Assembly: GCA_036570125.1 (NCBI GenBank)
Contig: DATCPK010000155.1
Coordinates: forward strand, 2,075-66,074
Source of the DNA: Candidatus Limnocylindria bacterium
Lineage (GTDB): Bacteria; Chloroflexota; Limnocylindria; P2-11E
Length of the DNA: 64,000 nt
Direction of reading: 5' to 3'
Position numbers and translations under genes: made by a program. Positions 60,222-64,000 of this stretch are shown in pieces; positions within the stretch are counted from its first letter, which is position 1; every line of letters starts with the position of its first letter. The notes beneath the pieces are model-generated. The model was not told where the DNA came from and ran no database searches. It saw nothing but the letters and a program-made list of their open reading frames with translations.

Positions 60222-61666
60222 GTGGGACAGATATCGCCGCCGTCTATCCCGAGATCATCGTGACCGCCGTCGCCATGATCGTGCTCGTCGCCGACGCCAC
60301 CCTCGACCGCCGACGCGCGGCCTTCGCGCTCCCCGTGATCACGATCGCTGGCCTCGTCGTGGCGCTCGCCTCGGTCTTCAATGTCGTTCCGACCGCGCAG
60401 TACTTCCGCGGCTTCGTGACCATCGACGCCTTCACATCGTTCTTCCGCGCGGTGTTCATCATCCTCGCGATCTTCGCCGTCGCCGTGTCGCCTCAGTACC
60501 TGGCGAGGCGGCTCGTCCCGGCCGGCGAGTACTACGCGATCATCTGTTTCTCGACGGTCGGCGCGATGACCATCGCGCTGTCGGCGGATTTGATCACGCT
60601 CTTCATCGGCCTCGAGACCATGACGATCCCGATTTACGTCCTCGCCGGGATCCAGCGGACCGATCGGTTCGCGAACGAGGCCGCGATCAAGTACTTCCTT
60701 CTCGGGGCGTTCAGCTCTGCGCTTCTTCTGTATGGGTTCGTCTGGCTTTACGGGGTCACGAAGGCCACCGACTTCGTCACGATCGCCAATTTTCTTTCGG
60801 CGCAGGGGATCGCAAACGGTCCGACGATCGTGGCGCTCGCCCTCATCACGGTCGGCCTCGGCTTCAAAGCCGCGATCGTGCCCTTCCACCAGTGGACGCC
60901 GGATGCGTACGACGGAGCCGCGACCCCCGCGACCGCGTTCATGTCGGTCGCCCCGAAAGCCGCGGCCTTCGCCGCGATCCTCCGCGTCCTTATCGGCGCG
61001 CTTGGGCCCCTGAGCGTCGATTGGAGTGCAATCTTGGCGATCCTCGCGGCGGTCACGATGACTGGCGGGAACATCGTCGCCCTCGCGCAGACGAATACGA
61101 AGCGGATGCTGGCGTACTCGAGCATCGCGCACACCGGCTACATCCTCGCGGCGGTCGCTGCGGCCAAGGCCGGGCCGAGCGCCAGCGCGGCCGTGCTGTT
61201 CTACGTGTTCGCATACGGGCTCATGAACCTCGGCGCATTTGCATGCCTCCTCTACTTCGACATGGAGGGGACGCGCGGCGCCTCGCTCGACGAGCTGAAT
61301 GGCTTCGGACGAAGGCAGCCGCTCGGCGCGCTCGCATTCGCGATCTTCCTCGTCTCGCTCACCGGAATTCCGCCGACCATCGGCTTCGTCGCCAAATTCC
61401 TGGTCATCCAGCCGGTGCTCGACGCGGGCCTCGCATGGCTCGCGGTGGTGATCGCGCTCAACGCCGTGCTCGCGGCTTTCTATTACCTCCGGGTCGTGGT
61501 CCACATGTACATGTACGACGCCGAGGAGAAGGTGCCGCGCCTGGTGACCGGGCGCACCCTGTCGGTGACCCTCGGCATCGCCTCATTTGCCGTGATCCTG
61601 TTCGGGATCCTTCCGAACTCCATCTACCAGTGGGCGCTGGAGGCCGCGCAGCCGCTCGTGCGCTGA
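60218..61666 (+). CDS. nuoN: NADH-quinone oxidoreductase subunit N
   Basis: ATGA overlap with nuoM. GFKAAIVPFHQWTPDAYDGAATPATAFMSVAPK. Confidence 0.92.
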   Translation: MSGTDIAAVYPEIIVTAVAMIVLVADATLDRRRAAFALPVITIAGLVVALASVFNVVPTAQYFRGFVTIDAFTSFFRAVFIILAIFAVAVSPQYLARRLVPAGEYYAIICFSTVGAMTIALSADLITLFIGLETMTIPIYVLAGIQRTDRFANEAAIKYFLLGAFSSALLLYGFVWLYGVTKATDFVTIANFLSAQGIANGPTIVALALITVGLGFKAAIVPFHQWTPDAYDGAATPATAFMSVAPKAAAFAAILRVLIGALGPLSVDWSAILAILAAVTMTGGNIVALAQTNTKRMLAYSSIAHTGYILAAVAAAKAGPSASAAVLFYVFAYGLMNLGAFACLLYFDMEGTRGASLDELNGFGRRQPLGALAFAIFLVSLTGIPPTIGFVAKFLVIQPVLDAGLAWLAVVIALNAVLAAFYYLRVVVHMYMYDAEEKVPRLVTGRTLSVTLGIASFAVILFGILPNSIYQWALEAAQPLVR

Positions 61667-61670
61667 GTCG

Positions 61671-62108
61671 CTAGCCGCGGCGCGGCGGGTGGCTTGGAAG
61701 AAGGCGCTCCCCGACGAAGCCTCCGACGGCACCGATCACGATCGCGACCGCGAGCGGCGCCAGCACCTCCGGGAAGTGGAGCGAGATGAGCCCGTTGAAT
61801 TCCTCGACCGGCGCGGTCTGCGGGCGGAAGGCCTGATGAAGCTGCGTCGAGATGATGCTGCCGACAAAAAGCGAGAAGAGGAACGCGACCGGTGCGGCGA
61901 TCGCGCCGCCGTTGCCCGCGATGAGGCCGGCGCAAAAGAGGATCGCGCCCGCGACACCGAGGAGGATGACCGGCGGGACCGGCAGCGGCTCGGTCAGCGC
62001 CCACCAGAAGGCGAGCCCGATCGCGCTCGCCACGACCGACGCGAAGACCCGAGGCCAGCTCAAGCCCTCGTCCGAACGGCGCGCGCTCGGACGGCGCCGC
62101 CGAGCCAT
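61671..62108 (-). CDS. Hypothetical polytopic membrane protein
   Basis: From ATG 62108: MARRRRPSARRSDEGLSWPRVFASVVASAIGLAFWW ... with 3-4 TMs. The upstream part of ORF 61671..62351 is Arg-rich and out of character. The start is uncertain. Confidence 0.45.
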   Translation of the reverse strand: MARRRRPSARRSDEGLSWPRVFASVVASAIGLAFWWALTEPLPVPPVILLGVAGAILFCAGLIAGNGGAIAAPVAFLFSLFVGSIISTQLHQAFRPQTAPVEEFNGLISLHFPEVLAPLAVAIVIGAVGGFVGERLLPSHPPRRG

Positions 62109-62419
62109 CCAGCCAAGGCGCCGAGGATGATGAACGGGAAGACCGCGATGGGGATGCTCAGGAAGAATGAGGCGAAGGCGCCGGGATCGCCTCCGGGTTG
62201 GGTCAACCCGGCGACGACCACGTAGAGGAAGGCGCCGAGGAGCACCGAAAGCGCACCCGCGAGCGCCGCGCGGCGTCCAGCGAAGAACCCCGAGCCGAAT
62301 GCGGCGAACTCGATATAGAGGAGCGCGAGGATCGCGCCAACGCCCACCCACTGATCGAGACGCAGATAAGGAAAGATCTGCACGATCGCGGCGCCGAGCA
62401 CGGCGACGGCGAAACGCAC
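62060..62419 (-). CDS. Hypothetical polytopic membrane protein
   Basis: 119 aa with 4 TMs (MRFAVAVLGAAIVQIFPYL ... FFLSIPIAVFPFIILGALAGWLGG). Lies directly downstream of the M24 peptidase gene. Confidence 0.5.
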   Translation of the reverse strand: MRFAVAVLGAAIVQIFPYLRLDQWVGVGAILALLYIEFAAFGSGFFAGRRAALAGALSVLLGAFLYVVVAGLTQPGGDPGAFASFFLSIPIAVFPFIILGALAGWLGGAVRARAVRTRA

Positions 62420-62421
62420 GC

Positions 62422-63555
62422 TCAGGCCACGGTCGCGAAGGCGTGGTCCGCGCGATTCAACGGCCGGGCCGACCCGTCCGCGTCGATGATCGCGATGTCC
62501 TCGATGCGCACGCCGAAGCGTCCCGGCAGATAGATGCCCGGCTCGATCGAGAAGGCCATCCCCGGCTCGAGCGTCTCGCGATTTCCACGCACGAGGTACG
62601 GATGCTCGTGACCGTCGAGGCCGATCCCGTGTCCGGTCCGATGGATGAAGAACTCGCCGTAGCCGGCGTCTTCGATGACCCGACGCGCTGCCGCATCCAC
62701 AGATTCAGCTGACCCGTCCTTTCGCGCGGCCGCGTAGCCGGCCTCCTGCGCTCGCCGAACGGTGTCGTGAACCTTCTGCTCCTCTCGGCCGACGGTCTTC
62801 CCGACATGGACCGTGCGCGTGATGTCCGATCGATAGCCGCGCATCGCGCCGCCGAAGTCGAGGACCACGGTGTCACCCTCGGCGATGCGTCGATCGCCGG
62901 TCTCGTGATGCGGCGACGCCCCGTTCGCGCCCGATGCCACGATCGTGAATCCGACCTCGTCGTGGCCTTCCGCGCGCAGCAGCTCGGCCAGGTCGGTGCC
63001 GATGTCCCGTTCGGTCCGACCGGCGAAGGAGCGCTCGAGGATTCGCGCATACGCGCGGTCGGCGGACTCGGAGACGAGCCGAAGAGCTTCGAGCTCGGCC
63101 GCGTCCTTTCGCATGCGGAGCTCGCGCATGACCACTGAGGCGATGGAGAAGGTCCGATCCGGCAAGGCCGCCTGCAGCTTGAGAACGAACGCAGCCCACA
63201 TCTGGTCGCCGACCGCGACGTCGCCCGAGCCACGGATCAACCCCGCGACGACCGCGTAGGGATCGTCCGTCTCTCCCCACGTGGCGCGTGCGATATCCGG
63301 CGCGGCGACCGCCGCGCGCGGTGCTTCCAGTTCCGGGCAGACGATCGTCGCCTTGCCGTCGCGGTCAAGGACGAGACACGTCAGACGCTCGCTCGAGAAG
63401 ATCTGGTAGCCCGCGAGGTAGAAGAGGTCGGCACCCGGCGATACGGCGAGCGCGCTCAAACCCCGCTCGCGCAGCTTCGCTGCCGCGCGCGTTCGCCGGT
63501 CAGCTGTGCTCGCTCGTTCGCTCGGCATCCGTTCTGCATCCGAGAATAGCCGCAT
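62422..63555 (-). CDS. M24-family Xaa-Pro peptidase
   Basis: Creatinase-like N-domain and a pita-bread domain with metal ligands (VVLDFGG ... YRSDITR ... HRTGHGIGLDGHE ... SIEPGIY ... RIEDI). Start at ATG 63555 or 63528. The ORF extends to 63729. Confidence 0.88.
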   Translation of the reverse strand: MRLFSDAERMPSERASTADRRTRAAAKLRERGLSALAVSPGADLFYLAGYQIFSSERLTCLVLDRDGKATIVCPELEAPRAAVAAPDIARATWGETDDPYAVVAGLIRGSGDVAVGDQMWAAFVLKLQAALPDRTFSIASVVMRELRMRKDAAELEALRLVSESADRAYARILERSFAGRTERDIGTDLAELLRAEGHDEVGFTIVASGANGASPHHETGDRRIAEGDTVVLDFGGAMRGYRSDITRTVHVGKTVGREEQKVHDTVRRAQEAGYAAARKDGSAESVDAAARRVIEDAGYGEFFIHRTGHGIGLDGHEHPYLVRGNRETLEPGMAFSIEPGIYLPGRFGVRIEDIAIIDADGSARPLNRADHAFATVA

Positions 63556-64000
63556 GCCCCGTTCGTTCACCGTCCTCGTCGGCGTGCTGGTGCTCGCCGT
63601 CGGGATCGCTCTCGTCGCGGGGGCCGGCTTACCACGCGCGGGCTCAGTCGCTCCGATCGCTCTCCCAAGCCCGACCGCGACCGCACCCGCGGCGACCGCG
63701 TCCCCCGGCTCGACGATCCTCTCGCCCACACCGGCGCCGACGATCGGACCTATCCCCGACGGCTACCGCATCGAGCTTCCGCGTCTCGGCATCAACCTGC
63801 CGATCGCCGAGGGCGACATCCAGCGCGACGTGGTCGTGCAAAAGACCCCCGAGAACTACGCCTTCCATTTCCCGGGGACCGCGATTCCCGGGACGTTCGG
63901 GAACAGCTACATCTACGCGCACGCGCGCCAGGGGATGTTCCTCTCACTCTGGAACGCTCGCGTCGGAGACCAGGTCACGGTGACGACGCCCGCGGGCGTT
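63554..64000 (+). CDS. Sortase-family protein, N-terminal part (runs off the window)
   Basis: Hand-translated frame: MPRSFTVLVGVLVLAVGIALV (TM), a Pro/Thr/Ala linker, then YRIELPRLGINLPIAEG ... FHFPGTAIPGTFGNSYIYAHAR ... LWNARVGDQVTV, the sortase pattern up to the catalytic His. The catalytic Cys would lie beyond position 64000. Confidence 0.55.
   Translation, partial: MPRSFTVLVGVLVLAVGIALVAGAGLPRAGSVAPIALPSPTATAPAATASPGSTILSPTPAPTIGPIPDGYRIELPRLGINLPIAEGDIQRDVVVQKTPENYAFHFPGTAIPGTFGNSYIYAHARQGMFLSLWNARVGDQVTVTTPAGV

Overview
This is a visibly GC-rich bacterial chromosomal segment, densely packed with housekeeping genes. A T-box leader, Ku/LigD end-joining genes, a sortase, an FtsEX-M23 module and a tmRNA tag ending ANTSYALAA suggest a terrabacterial lineage (Chloroflexota or Actinomycetota-like), but that is only a guess.

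Gene content from left to right:
- MFS fragment, SGNH hydrolase, and tmRNA (ssrA).
- About 8 kb of detoxification and efflux genes: VOC, DoxX, MarR, an MFS pump and two ABC half-transporters.
- smpB, then ftsE-ftsX with an M23 (EnvC-like) peptidase.
- One minus-strand chain, parA-parB-gyrB-thioesterase-gyrA.
- AI-2E permease, mreD-mrdA-rodA, and tRNA-Ala(GGC).
- T-box leader, leuS and a small coupled ORF.
- comEA-comEC-holA, transaldolase/FSA, and pyrG.
- An NHEJ neighbourhood: ATP-dependent ligase, Ku, DUF1232, DUF885, three-domain LigD and a hydrolase.
- A Gly-rich membrane protein followed by an OmpR/HK two-component pair.
- ALDH, CAP-domain protein, tRNA-Ala(CGC), and a second AI-2E permease.
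- [radical-SAM-like]-obg-nadD-rsfS, and a LysM-M23 peptidase.
- nuoA-C-H-J-K-L-M-N, two membrane proteins, an M24 peptidase and the start of a sortase.

I found no CRISPR array, transposase, integrase, prophage or recognisable defence system.

The observations most worth a second look:
1. A 157-aa mini-intein in GyrA between GNFG and SIDDD. This is not the classical mycobacterial gyrA site after the active-site Tyr.
2. A low-GC, self-contained small transcription unit directly upstream of smpB, with a promoter-like signal, a strong SD, a micro-ORF, an 82-nt hairpin and a U-tailed terminator.
3. A complex I cluster that lacks exactly nuoB, nuoD and nuoI (and E, F, G).
4. A radical-SAM-like protein without the CxxxCxxC motif, placed upstream of obg.
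5. Exact 13-14-nt words shared between unrelated intergenic leaders.

Everything here rests on reading the sequence and the ORF translations. No database search was run.
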